DNA of 64,000 bases, taken from assembly GCA_010093815.1 (NCBI GenBank), contig ML996570.1, one strand, 5' to 3'. Each line of letters opens with the position of its first letter. The stretch's first letter is position 1. A model generated the notes under the pieces. That model had not been told where the DNA came from and did no database searches. It worked only from the letters and a program-made list of their open reading frames with translations. The position numbers were made by a program, and so were the translations under genes. This document shows positions 37,925 to 50,211 of the stretch, one piece after another. The stretch is from Pseudovirgaria hyperparasitica (taxonomy: Eukaryota).

Positions 37925-38079
37925 CTTACTCGTTACTAACTCGCTAATAAGTAAGTCGCTTAGCTAGCTAATAATAGTCTATATATATATCCGTTTTAGG
38001 TACTATTCGTTAAGTATATAGTCTTAATATATAAATATATACTCCTAAATATACTCTAAGAAACACTATACTATCCCTA

Positions 38080-39778
38080 TCTAAATACTAGTTATACTAG
38101 TTATAGTAAACGCCTAGAGCGAGGACGCCGCCTTACTTACCTTAAGTTACTTCTTATACTTATAAAGGTATAGACGTGCGTCTAGTAGAATACTAAGTAG
38201 AATACCTACTATCTTCGCGGCTTTATAATAAGTAGTTCTAGACCGAGTTATCTCCTTAATATAGCGGTAAGTATAGTAGTTATTATCTATATATAGTCTT
38301 AATTCGTGTATTCTAGCCCTCGTCTTATCGTGAGTCTCTATCTCCTTATACTATTTAAGAGCTAATAGTACTATATCCGCCTAGTAACGCCCTAGTTATA
38401 CTAGACTACTAAAGGTTTCTATAACTCGTGTCTAAGGGGGTGTTTTATAATAAGTCTTATAAGTTGGCGAATAATTTAAACTATAAGTAGATAGAGAGTA
38501 AGGTTAAGGTTAAGATTAAGGAAACGTAGGTATCTATATAGGTATTATAGAATTAAATCTATAACGCTATAATTCTATCTAACGAAGTAGTTAAGTATAT
38601 ATAAGCTTATCTTTATTATCTCGATAACGTCTTACCGCCGCCTCCTTACGCTTAATTATCGCCTATCTTATCTACTTATCTTAAAGCCTCGTATTCCGCT
38701 TCTTACGATCTAACTTAGCCTTCTTATATTATAATCTCTTTATTTTAAGGCGCTTAAGTATAGAAGTAGCACTTCTATTAATAGCGGTTAATAAGGTACT
38801 AGTTCTACTACTAGTTTAAGACTTCCTTAGGTACGGTCGAGCGATAATCTTATAGAATAAGTCTATTAACGGCTTATCCTTAGTTACGCCTTAAATACCG
38901 TTAATAATATTATTAGTCTATAGCTCTAAGATAGTCTTATCTACCTTATAGTAGAGTATTCTATTAGGTAATATAATCTTATAGTACTAACCTTAGTAGT
39001 TTATATATATCGCCTTACTACACTAGAGCTTACTCTAAATATTATTAATAATAACTCCTTAGTTACGGCCTCGCTATCTTCGCTCCTCCTATAATTTAAA
39101 TAGCTATTTTAAGTATCCCTTAAGGTTCGGATCTATAGGTAATAATACTAGACTAGTAGAAACTATACTAGTAAGTAGTAATAGCGTGGGAGACTTCGGA
39201 TTAGATACTATAGCCTTCTTATATTCTAGTAGCTAATAAGACTTATAGATAATAGTATTCTCAAAGATAAGGAATATAGCCTCTAGTAGATCCTTTCTTA
39301 CTAGGCTATAGATCTTATTAAGGAAGGTAAGAAGCTTATCCTAGTTATCTAGACTCTAGTCTAGAAGTATTAACTATTTCCTAGTATAACTAGATATTCC
39401 GAGCTTTATAGTAAAGCCTTAAGTCTTAAATAGCTAGTTATTAGTACCGAGAGTCTTATTAATTAACTACTAAATCTCCTCCTTATATAACTTCTTCTTA
39501 AACTTATACTAGGCTTCCGTCTTTAGTAATATAGTCTTAATAATCTTTCTAAAACTATCTACTCTAAGTTACTAATTTATATAAATAGACTATATTATCT
39601 TATTAAGAGCCGCGTTATTATTCTATAGGTTCTTCTTCTCCTCCTTCTTAACTATATCTCCGTAAACTAAAGTAGAGTTATTAGTATTATTAGATATATC
39701 GCCTAGTAAGGCTAGAGGATCGCTTAATAAGAGTACGTTAGAGAGCGCTAGCGGTATATTTTTACGCCTCGCCGCTAT
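38080..39778 (-). pseudogene. RIP-mutated second ORF of the transposon (acidic N-terminus, Cys/His motif, coiled coil)
   Basis: A single frame runs for more than 350 codons from ATA(ATG) at 39778, with stops only as RIP-type TAA/TAG. De-RIP reading: MAARRKN...EEEEEE...KLQCSKATCxNxxGWCY...HYKV...LWxxxI. The 3' end is approximate, with a probable frameshift near 38.66 kb. Confidence 0.65.
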
Positions 39779-40031
39779 CTTCGTAGCCCTTAATACCTTA
39801 TCTATACTATACTAGAGCGCCTTTAATATAGATATACGTAGCTATAGTCTAGAAGATAGTAGTAGAGGTTCTATTAAGTTATTCTATCCGAATTAAATAC
39901 CTTTATACTACTTAGGAGGTATAATAGATAGCGTAAAATAGTTAAAAAAATACTAATATATAGCTAATATCGTATAATACTAATATATAATAGGTATTTT
40001 AATAGGTATATGAGTATTCGTTAACGATGCT

Positions 40032-40122
40032 GTAAAATGTTAATTATATATAAAAACGCGTGTTGGTGGCACAGACGTGCATCGGGCGCCAAGCTTTCCC
40101 ATGTAACTATGGACAAACGGAT
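40032..40122 (-). repeat. Right terminal inverted repeat
   Basis: Exact reverse complement of 36467-36557. Confidence 0.97.
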
Positions 40123-41059
40123 ACGGCAGATCAGCAATGCAACTGGTGCGGGGACACGGCTCCAGGGAGCGAAGGAGCCAGTCCACACTCCACAATGAAC
40201 GTTCGACTGTTGAACGTTGCCAAGCGCGGTGTCTGATTGGGCGGCACGCAGTGAACCATATATCTGAGCTAACTGTCTGCCTTATACTGGTAATGGTGTC
40301 GCGTGCCTGACAAAGCTGATCAATTACGAATCAGCGTGTCTGTACACTCGTTGCTCAGGAATTTAGGGCAGTGACAGGCCACAAGTGACAAGGCCAATCA
40401 GCGCCCAGCTAGCAAACAGCGGTATATCAACCGCCTTATCTATGAATCGTCGGAGTAATGGTTGAGCAATATAAAGCAGGCGGACTCTTCTCTTCCGCAT
40501 TTGCAGAATGCATGACACATGGCAGATGACAGCGACTCAGAGTACTGTGTTCTATGTACACGAGCAGGAGAAGAAAGGAAAGCTCCGAGGGATTTGCAGG
40601 GTTCAGTTGGAATCAGCGGATGAATTGGAGCGCCTGACGAGTAACGTATACACAGCATCGAGTAGGGGAGCGCAAGGGAGCTTGCGTTTGAGCTCGTGCA
40701 TCAGAAGCATACTGGCCAATGAGAGGAACATAGTGGATAGGACCCGTCTCCGATGCGCAAGTTCCCCGGATACCAAATACAGAACGCTTGACAGAAGGAG
40801 TAGAACTTCAACAAAGGCTTCATCGGTTCATGATACAAACGGGCCGAGATAGTGAAGAGCCGAGTAGAACGGCAAGGAAAGGATGATAGGCAAAAGAGTC
40901 GGTATATCCGCGAGCGAGGAGAACAATACACGAGTCGCTCTTTCGCAAGAGCAGTGCCACCGACCCAGATTCTTGGGGTGGTCAAAGAGAGCTTGTATTA
41001 TGCAGCGAGTGACAGGGCAAGACCGCTGTGGGATGCCGGGGAAGAGGGAGATGGTGGTT

Positions 41060-41126
41060 TGTAGGTGGGTTGTTGTAGGTGGGTTGTTGTAGGTGGGTTG
41101 TTGTAGGTGGGTTGTTGTAGGTGGGT
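41060..41126. repeat. 14-bp minisatellite (TGTAGGTGGGTTGT) x about 4.8
   Basis: Directly visible perfect tandem copies. Confidence 0.95.
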
Positions 41127-42068
41127 GTAGGGGTGGTGTGGACTCTGTGGAGAGACGGGGAGACAAGGCACAGCAGAACTAAAGCTTAGTTAGTGCTGGC
41201 CAGGTGCATTCATGGCAGGCATTGCAGGGACCATCTGCCCTGACATCCCTGTAGACCTTCGCTCGCCTGTGGCAATCCCTGTCTACCGGGTTAACGTTGT
41301 GGCCCGGGCCATCATCAAGCGGTGACGGTGCAGTGCTCTCTCGAGATTCTCGCATAATTATCCCCAGGCGGCCCTCGGGCCCCAGCAGGTATTAACTTAG
41401 GGACACAAGGCTGGCGCGCCCTTGCAGACCACACACCACGGTTCATGGTCCACGGTCCACTTGTTGACTGCCCATCAGTTCGTGTGGAAGAAGACGATCC
41501 TGCAGACCCACCTGCAGCGCCCTAAGCTTACTCTTACCGTGTCTAGCAAAACGCGCTCCCAAAGTCCTCTTTCAAGGATCGGTTGTCTCCATCCTCGGGC
41601 TGTTTCAGACCTGTCACCCTGTCAGGCTCCAGCTTTTGTCCAGCGTAGACGATAAGCCAGTAACAGCGGGATACTGTGAGAATAAATGTAATTATTTGCC
41701 GATACTAACTTTGCTTCCGGGGCTTCTGTGACAAGACCTGCAGTCGGACGGACCTGATATCATATGTATGTGCTGGACGTAGGAAGCAAGCAAGGAGCGC
41801 TGTGTACCTGTGCTATCTCCAACACGGCAGATCAGCTCGCCTAGCGGGATCCAACGATTCGTGTCATGGTGTTACAGCAGTGGCAGCGGGGGAGAGTTCA
41901 GGTGTGCGCGGGTGGTCTGGACATGTTGGGTGCATAGCTAAACCGGACGAGTACTGACTGCATGGTTTAGCAGAGGAGTACGAGATGTATGTAGCTGCTC
42001 ACAAGTAGCTGCTAATACTCATTGCCTGTTGGCTTGCTTGCTTGGTGACTGCTGCAGAGATGGAGACG

Positions 42069-42103
42069 GCATTCCAGCATTCCAGCATTCCAGCATTCCA
42101 GCA
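42069..42103. repeat. 8-bp tandem repeat (GCATTCCA) x4
   Basis: Directly visible in the WHI3 upstream region. Confidence 0.9.
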
Positions 42104-43337
42104 CCCCAGGAGCTCAGTTCACTGCTCTAGTAAGCACTTTGACAGCTTGAGAGCGATTCCGCGTGAGGCAGAGGTCAATGTGTGAAAGTGTGAAGGTGTG
42201 AAGGTGTAAATGTGAGAATGTGAGAATGTGTGTGTGCATGTGGTATGTAATTATGGGTGTGTGTGCGTGAGTGAGTGAGGGAGGGTGTGTACGAGTAGGA
42301 GCCTAAAAAGGGTTGCGGGATGACCGTTAGTTGATGGGCGGCGGAAGGGCTGCAAGACGGGCTGCGCTGCGGGCGGAGGCTACCAGCAAACCTGCCCAAC
42401 TGGTTAAGCTGATTAGGCTGGTTCCAAAGGCTGGTTAGGCGGGTTAATTAGCAGGTTAGCCACCTACTCCCGACCTACCTACCTACCTACCGACCTACCT
42501 ACCCACCACCTCCAGTACTCAGCTCACACTACGGGTACGCCAAGTTTCCTTTCTCTCTACTCTCCACCCGTCCTGAACACTCTCCAGCTTCCACTTCCCT
42601 CGATACCACCACATCCTCAATCGAAAGCTCCTCTTCCTTCACGCAACTCATACGTTTCGCTCACACAGCCCTCTGCATCTGCGACTGGTCTATCCTCCAA
42701 ATCATCGCCATATACTCACCACATTGCATTACCTCCATGCCACCACCGCGACGAGAGCCGTGAAGCTATCACCTCAACCGAAATCGTTCGCGTCTCCGCC
42801 GCTATTCACTTACGCCGCAAACTCATAACAGCTTTCCACGTCCCGTCTGGTTCTCTGCGCCATCACGCCTATATCGCCGCATACGCTGGCTTTTCGCTCA
42901 TTCTCCTCGAGTTTACGCCCTATCTTATCGTTGCTGGGGCATTTCAGCACTTCGCGCTGCTGGAACCGTCTTCCATCGTGTGCCGTCGCGACCACTGTCC
43001 ATTTGATCCGCCCACTACCGGCCTTTTCCAGTGATCAAAATAAAGAAGACTCAGTCAAGCCGACCGCTCGCATCCTTTCCTCTCGCATACTACTCACTCA
43101 GGCTATTGCGCATTTCAAACTGCGAAGATACTGCGACTACTGAGAGCTGGGTGTCTAGCTTTGCGTCTTATATTCTACCACTGCTCGTGCGAGGACTTGT
43201 GCGCAGGACTCTTTCCAAGACGCGCCCATCAAAACGTCTACGACGCGTTGTGTCAAGCCTCTGACATCTTCACCTTTGTCCGATCACAACAGCCGTAGTT
43301 GTGGACCACCGCGGCATCGATAAATTTACAGCATATT

Positions 43338-45017
43338 ATGCCCTCAAGCCGACCTTCTCCCAGCAACAGCTCGAGCTCTCCGCACAACTCCATCAGTCCA
43401 TTCATGCCCGCCTCATTCAGTTCGGGCTCGTCGACTCAGACGACCATGAACAATGACGTGTGGCGGTCTCCCGTGGACCGCAGACCGGTCGAAAATGCAC
43501 CTGCGAACAATCTGAACGCCATTGACCAGAATTCGACTGCTATATACATCCATAAACTACCTAAAGCGACCAAAGAAGATTCCTTGAGAAGCATGCTGCT
43601 CTTTGCCAAAGATCTCATCGACGTATCGTTCGCCAACCCTCGATATCCTGACGAAAAAGGCTTTCAGACAGCCCTCGCTCACTTTAAGACGCTCGCTGGT
43701 GCTAAAGAAGCCCAAGAGATTCTTAATGGCAAACCAAACCAGACCAAAGAGGCGAATCTCATCGTCGAGGTAGTCGAACATCCTGGAACAATCGGCTCGA
43801 GAAGGAATACGGTCGACGGAGGATTACGCCAGAATGGACAGGGTAGATCACGCTACAATGGCACCTTTCAGTCGATGGAAAGAGTGTCTCCTCCGAACGC
43901 AACTCCTGCTTTGGGCAATGGCAACGAATTCCCCGTGCCTCATTCGAGCGCTCCGATGCAAAGTCTCTTCTCCCCAACATCTCCAGTAACCGGTGCTTTC
44001 CCGCACCGAAGCCTAGGCAAGACTCTTATCACCAATGGGGATGGCGATGATGATTCTGATGGTCTCCTTCAAGAATCCATTGGTATTGGAACAGGACATC
44101 CGGCTTCAACATCCCGCCGCACTACCAACCCTTCTATTCCGATATCTCGGTTCTCGAACCTGTCCCTAAATACATCAAATAATGCTAATGGACTGTCGTC
44201 TCCGCCATTGAGCAGCTTCGCCTCCCCAAGATCGAATGCTCCGCTGCAGTCACCAAACGCCGGCCTGCATACAATGTCCCCCCACCCAACAGGCAACACG
44301 GGCCATAGTTCGGGATTTGCACCGTTTAACAATCAACACTTCAGCCGCACCAATCTACCACCAGTGAATCCAGCTGACCAGAATCCGCCGTGCAATACTT
44401 TGTACGTTGGTAATCTGCCACTTGACACATCTGAAGACGAATTGAAGGCCATGTTTTCGAAACAGCGAGGCTACAAGCGACTCTGCTTTCGTACAAAGCA
44501 GAATGGCCCCATGTGCTTTGTGGAGTTCGAAGATGTTTCCTTTGCTACAAAGGCCTTGAACGACCTTTATGGATATCCTCTCCATAATAGCGTCAAGGGC
44601 GGCATCAGGCTTAGCTTCTCGAAGAATCCCCTAGGCGTTCGGACTGGGCAGAACAACAACATGGGACCGCCGACTCCTATGACGCCTCAAGCTACCATGC
44701 CTGGTATGCCAAATGGTATGGGAATACCACCTGGGTTTTCGACTGCTACTGGACCTCCGCCAGGGTTAGCAGCCCCTCCTGGCTTCCATAATAATGGTGC
44801 TGCAAACGGGGTTTCCAACTTCATGTTTCCCAACAATACTTTTACTGCGAACGACATTGGCAACCAGCTGCGTCCCCAATCTGTCACTGGCGCTTCTACT
44901 CCTGTCAGCAACAATAACTATAATGGTATGGTTGGCAACGGCGCCCCGATGTCCGGTAATGGGTTTCACCTCCATGCATCTGGTTATCAAAACTATATGA
45001 TGGGTCGCATGAATTGA
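43338..45017 (+). CDS. WHI3: Whi3/Whi4-like RRM RNA-binding protein
   Basis: Signature NPADQNPPCNTLYVGNLP...GYKRLCFRTKQNGPMCFVEFED...KGGIRLSFSKNPLGVR, plus a degenerate N-terminal RRM. The start codon is uncertain (43338 or a downstream ATG). Confidence 0.92.
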   Translation: MPSSRPSPSNSSSSPHNSISPFMPASFSSGSSTQTTMNNDVWRSPVDRRPVENAPANNLNAIDQNSTAIYIHKLPKATKEDSLRSMLLFAKDLIDVSFANPRYPDEKGFQTALAHFKTLAGAKEAQEILNGKPNQTKEANLIVEVVEHPGTIGSRRNTVDGGLRQNGQGRSRYNGTFQSMERVSPPNATPALGNGNEFPVPHSSAPMQSLFSPTSPVTGAFPHRSLGKTLITNGDGDDDSDGLLQESIGIGTGHPASTSRRTTNPSIPISRFSNLSLNTSNNANGLSSPPLSSFASPRSNAPLQSPNAGLHTMSPHPTGNTGHSSGFAPFNNQHFSRTNLPPVNPADQNPPCNTLYVGNLPLDTSEDELKAMFSKQRGYKRLCFRTKQNGPMCFVEFEDVSFATKALNDLYGYPLHNSVKGGIRLSFSKNPLGVRTGQNNNMGPPTPMTPQATMPGMPNGMGIPPGFSTATGPPPGLAAPPGFHNNGAANGVSNFMFPNNTFTANDIGNQLRPQSVTGASTPVSNNNYNGMVGNGAPMSGNGFHLHASGYQNYMMGRMN

Positions 45018-46303
45018 GCGCTCGACGTCTAAAGCGCGCCATGTCTCAATTTTTGACTTTCATCTTTGTTCATGAATCATGAGCCCCGGAGAGTCGCCGG
45101 TGCGTCCGTCCGGTATATGTTGCCATCATTTACATTGTCTGCTCCTACACCTGTCGTCGCCATTTCCACTCACCTCGGTATCCAATCAAACTTCTTTCTT
45201 TTTCTTGGGGACGACGATATATATTGGTGTACTTTTGGCTGGGTTTTGCCGTTTTCCTTTGGGAAAGCGGCTTCGTTCAAACATAAAGCGATGATATCCC
45301 CCTTACGTTTTCCCTACATCACCTTTTATCGGATCATTGTATGGAGCTTAGGCGCATCTCATTCTGTCATCTGCGATCAGAGCTATGTCTGTAAGGTATT
45401 TTCATCTTCCAGCGGCACTGCATGATCTGCCTGACAAAATCCTTGGGCACTTGCTCGTTCTGCAGGAATGGGAAAAGCATCTGGGGGCATACTGCATGAA
45501 AGTTGGGCATAGTCTGACCGTCGCGTCGTTGTTTTACTCAGCATGTCAACAATTCTGCATTCCGCGCGTTACTGTTATTGATTCTGTTCACGTTTCTGTC
45601 TACCATCGCACGCATATCGTTAGTTTCTACGAGACTTCCGAGGTTCGTTCTCAAGGGAAGGCATTCTTGTTCCTGGATGTGCATTTTTTGGTTCCGTATG
45701 CTTGACTGAGCTGCGTCGCAATTGCGTTGGGAGAGCATGTTTTATGACAACCGTCCGCTGCATCGGCAGGAAGTTGGAGGGGCACTGGTTTGGCATCACT
45801 AGAGGGTTACACAGGGGCGTCTTATTCTTGACACGGAGTCTCTCAAGGGGCCTGTCACTACCATACGGATTCTTGGGCGCATCATCTCACTTGCTTTGGG
45901 TGTTTATCTTCATCTTCATGTTTGGCCTGGAGTACATCAATTTCATCAGAGCGGAAATACTTCATAGACTAATAACAAGCAGACAATCTCCATACAATAA
46001 CTCCTGATAGTACTACTGTGAAACCGCTGACAGACGTACCATGGTAATACTTATCCTTTACTCATGGTGCTTGCTAAGAGAAAGGTCAGTCATTACTCTC
46101 TAGGTTGGTGAATAAGCCACCTGCTACTTTGCAGCAGTCCATCCATAAATCTTGGCAGCATGACTCAGCATAAAAGCTCTAATTTTCCACTTGATCGCGC
46201 AGTTGGTCGCCATACTCTATTCTCATCAACATTGTGAAGTCCTTTCCGCTGCCACTCATTGCCGCTTGCGGCCCCTTCCCTTCATGATAGATCTGGATAT
46301 ACA

Positions 46304-47679
46304 ATGCCCGCTCGAATACGCGTTGCTGCCTTCTCTCGCACACCCTTAATATATTCGTCCTCAACCGCCTTCCAACATGAACTTCGCTCTAGTTCACGCT
46401 ATACTCGCCACTTCTCCCAGTCCTTAAGGAGCAGCACTGTACTGCGTGATCAGTTCTATGCATGGCTCTCCGGTCCTGGACAGAACTTTGAGAAACCACT
46501 CCCAGGCTCAACAAATTACCTTTCGGCTTACACAAGCGACGGGGTACTAAGACGACAGAAGGAGGAAACAAAAGTTGACGAGAAAGAAAAAAGCCAAGAA
46601 TCATCAGCAGCGAAAGTAGCAAATGATGGCGCCAGTATAGACGGACAGAATGCAGACGATCCTGCGACCGCCATGGATAATCCCGACAATACTACGGACA
46701 CACCAGAGGAGCCTGAAGAACTCAAAGAAGAAGAGCTAGAGAATGACCAATTGAAGAAGGAATCACTCCGTGATTTACGCCCGTTTCCTATGAATCAACA
46801 ATTCGTCAGCGAGAGCGTTCTCAGTGAATCCGTCCGCGAGGACATCTACAATCAAGTCGTAAATAAAGGCACACACGTCGTCAAGGCGTCCGCCGACGCA
46901 AACATCAGTATAGAGCGCGTCGCTGCTGTTGTGCGTCTAAAACAGATAGAAAAGAACTGGCTGAAAGATGTATGTTTTCCCCCCTTCCTCCTTGCATGTT
47001 CGTCCTGCATGATGATTTTACAACAATTCGATTAGTCTTGAAGACACCTACATGGTTAACATTTTTTTAATCACTGACACGCATCTTTACAATGCCCCTT
47101 CACTCCAACACTATTCCCAAAAGCCTACTGATATAATTTATCCAGGGCAAACCCCTCGCAAGAGCCTACTCTCGGGCTGTACTGAGCATGCTCCCGCAGA
47201 CTACATCTATCGCACAAGCGCACGAGTCCATCACAGATATCCCAATTCTGCCGTCGACTACACGTCAGGTCTTCCATCCTGTCCCAGAATCGCGCCATTT
47301 TACTCGTGCCGACGCAGCAAAGGCTTTCTCGGACAATCTCAAGCCCGCCGACGAGCGCATGCCGCATCAGGAACTCATCCTGACCAGAAAGCTACAGCTG
47401 CAGGGCGAGAGGCAGCATGCAATTCGGATCAAAGTGGCGCAGTTTGCAGCTCAACAGGAGAAGGAACGAATCGGAAAGCGTGAGGCGCTGAAGAGGAGGG
47501 AGGAGAAGAGAACGACGGTGGTGGCGGGACGGAGGTGGGATTTCCAGATTAAGGAGATCAAGGCTGAGGATGTTGGGTACAAGGGGAAGAATCCCAAGGG
47601 TACAGGATGGAGGTATGGAATGCCGCATGAGGACCGAAAGAGGGCGCTCATCAAGATCCCCGAACGTGTGGAGGCATAG
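46304..47679 (+). CDS. Mitochondrial small-subunit ribosomal protein mS45 (Mrps35/Bot1 family)
   Basis: Presequence-like N-terminus. LRPFPMNQQFVSESVLSE, RVAAVVRLKQIE and GWRYGMPHEDRKR. Intron 46970-47145. Confidence 0.88.
47005..47083 (+). ncRNA. Intronic C/D-box snoRNA candidate
   Basis: Box C ATGATGA at 47009-47015. Guide TTCGATTAGTC(TT) at 47027-47039 is antisense to conserved LSU rRNA AAGACUAAUCGAA. D'-like TTGA at 47038-47041 and box D CTGA at 47074-47077, inside an unusually long intron. Confidence 0.8.
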
Positions 47680-48034
47680 ATGTGTGTATACCATAGGTCA
47701 ATGGAGTAGTGTATATATGTTGTTAGAATAATCTTGTATTATATGTGTAATACTGACATATCTACACAACACAACCTCTCTGAATGCACTGCTCCTCGAT
47801 GATGTAGATCTAATCAACCGTTTCCCAACCCATTGTGCCAAGTCGTCTAGCTCCTAACGCCCCTTGTACTGCATGGATATATATAACTGTGCGCAAGCAA
47901 TATTTCAAGAACATGTCCCCCCGACTGAGCGAAATCACCATACACTACTGCCCCCCCCCTCCAATCATTCCCTCATCATTGTCTTCTCGCCTCCTCCACA
48001 TCCCTATCGCACACACTTCTTTGCACAAGCAACA

Positions 48035-49191
48035 TCATGAATTGCCCCCAACCGCCATACCCTTAAATGTATCAAACCCACTAGCCACCGCCTGCGCCTT
48101 CTTCTTCTTCTCCTCCCCAGCCTGCCTCTCCCCCGACCTGCCCGTCAGCCTCACCTGCTCTTCGTACAAGCGATGCAGCTCCGCCAGCATCGCATCCCGC
48201 ACCTTCACCACCAACGAATCCACATCCTCTGCCGTCAAGCCCTTTGTCTTGACCGGCTCCAGCACGACGACGGGGATGACACCGCCCTTGAAGATCTTCC
48301 TCTTCGAATCGAGGATATGCGCGTAGTTTGCGACGACGACGGGCACGATGGGCACCTGGGCTTGCACGGCGAGGTGGAAGGCGCCCTTTTTGAAGGGGAG
48401 CAGGGTGGGTGTTGAGGCGTAGGAGCGGGTGCCTTCGGGGAAGATGTAGACGGATTGGCGGGTGGAGCGCATGGTGGTGGCGGCGGAGTTGAAGGTTGCG
48501 CGGGCGGAGGTGGAGTTTGCGCGGTCGATGAAGACTGTTTTGGAGAGGGCCACTGAGGGGGATGGTTAGCGCTCTTGCTAGATAGTAGGGAAGGGGCCTC
48601 CCGGTGTGGGGATTCTTGGGGGATGGGGAGGAAGGCGTACTGAACCAGCCCAGGAAGGGCACGAGTTTAAGAGACTTCTTTGCGGTGACGGAGCAGTATT
48701 TCGGGAAGATGCAGCCGAGCATGAGGACGTCTAGAGATCTGCATTTGAGCGTTAGACTTCGTCTGCCCACCACCCAGCAAGGCTTTCTTTGCGCAAGACA
48801 GGTACGACCCCCTCCAAACTCACGTCTGATGATTTCCCAAGATAACCCTGCTCTTCCTCCCGACTTTTCTATCCTCCTCATCATCCAAATCGTACTTCTC
48901 ACTCAGATACTCTTCGCCCCGCACAACCTCAAACGTCACCCCGGTCACCAGCCACATCGTCCACTTCATCGCTCGCGCCGTCGTCCACTGGCTTAGCCCG
49001 CCAAAGCCGACAAGTCTTAGCACAATACTGGCAAGTATACCGTAGCATGCGCATACTCCCAGGGCAAGCCATGACGTTATGCCGCGGGCCGCAAACGAGG
49101 CGTACTTGCCCATCACGGGCGGAAGAAAAAATGTGGAGGCGTGGAGGACGACGATGGCCAACGTGATGCCAATAGCGAGAGACTGCCACAT
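48035..49191 (-). CDS. SLC1: 1-acyl-sn-glycerol-3-phosphate acyltransferase
   Basis: NHQTSLD, FIDR, FPEGTRS and PFKKGAF. Introns 48739-48823 and 48553-48640. Confidence 0.95.
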
Positions 49192-50211
49192 GGCAGCTAT
49201 GATATGTAAGAGAGCTGGGGAGGCTCGTCGAAGACAGGGACAAAACGGCTGGAGTTTTTCTCGTATGCGTATGAAGCGGTGAGAGAATGATTCGTGTGTT
49301 GCGGGGAGGACAGAGCTCGGAGGTGTCTCGAACTTGGGCAGACTATGTGAGGTCAGTATACATGGAACCATATGTCAGTTGGGAGAGATGTGTATACATG
49401 TGGCTCAGGCACTTATGCCACAAGGAAGATACTGTGCAGTGTAGTGGGAGCAGTTCGTTTTCGCGGGTGTGAATTCGGTGGGCAGGATCATGGAGGAACC
49501 TTAGCAGCAAAATTACTGCGGGCCGATCCGGCGACGTCACATGGACGCTCAGGAATTCCCCGGACGTTGCTGCGAACCCCCGCTTGGCTCAATCATGTCA
49601 ATGCTGAGGTTCGCGAGGCAATACATTGTAGAGCAAATGAAATCATGACTGTAAAAAGATACGAAATAGCAGAAGTCATAAATTCTTGATGCCTAGGCTC
49701 TACGATAAGGTTTGAACCAAGCATTCTTTGTATAATGGGATGTGCTAGTTTTAGGGCCCCCTGGGTCGGGAGACAACCTTGCATATCCATAGTAAGCAGA
49801 ACGAGCGCACAAGAATACCATATCAACACCATCTTGCGAGCTTCATGAGACATTAACTACTGTGTCATTAAGAGTGAGTAAATCATGCCCCACTTTTTTC
49901 GAAAGACTGTACAATCAGACGCTATGCCTCGTTCGTGTTGCGCTTGCTGTGTGACACTCCATAAGTCAACCAAGCTGCCCTGTGCGGTTTCCAGAGTGTA
50001 TAGACAATCCACAATCACGATCCAAACTCCCTTCTCCTTGACAAAGCTCGTGGTATCCAGTTCAACGCCATGTTCAAAATGCTGTCCCATGCTGTCTCCA
50101 AAAACAACAATTCGCTCGCTGGTCGTCAAGATGGCAATGCTATTAATGATGAATCCACTGTCTTCATCCCCGTCGAGTTTCCAAACACAGCCTATCACAG
50201 GCACGCAACCA

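Larger units (their letters stand above)
36467..40122. mobile_element. RIP-inactivated Tc1/IS630-type DNA transposon with two convergent ORFs
   Basis: Perfect 91-bp terminal inverted repeats. The interior is extremely TpA-rich and CpA/TpG-depleted, and transposase motifs are recoverable. Confidence 0.95.

Noticed and set aside
15000..41000. Starship or other giant mobile element enclosing the accessory region
   Set aside because: No DUF3435 tyrosine recombinase captain was seen, and the core gene DBP9 lies in the middle.
41060..41126. CRISPR-like or telomeric array
   Set aside because: Spacerless 14-bp tandem repeat in a eukaryote, and not TTAGGG.
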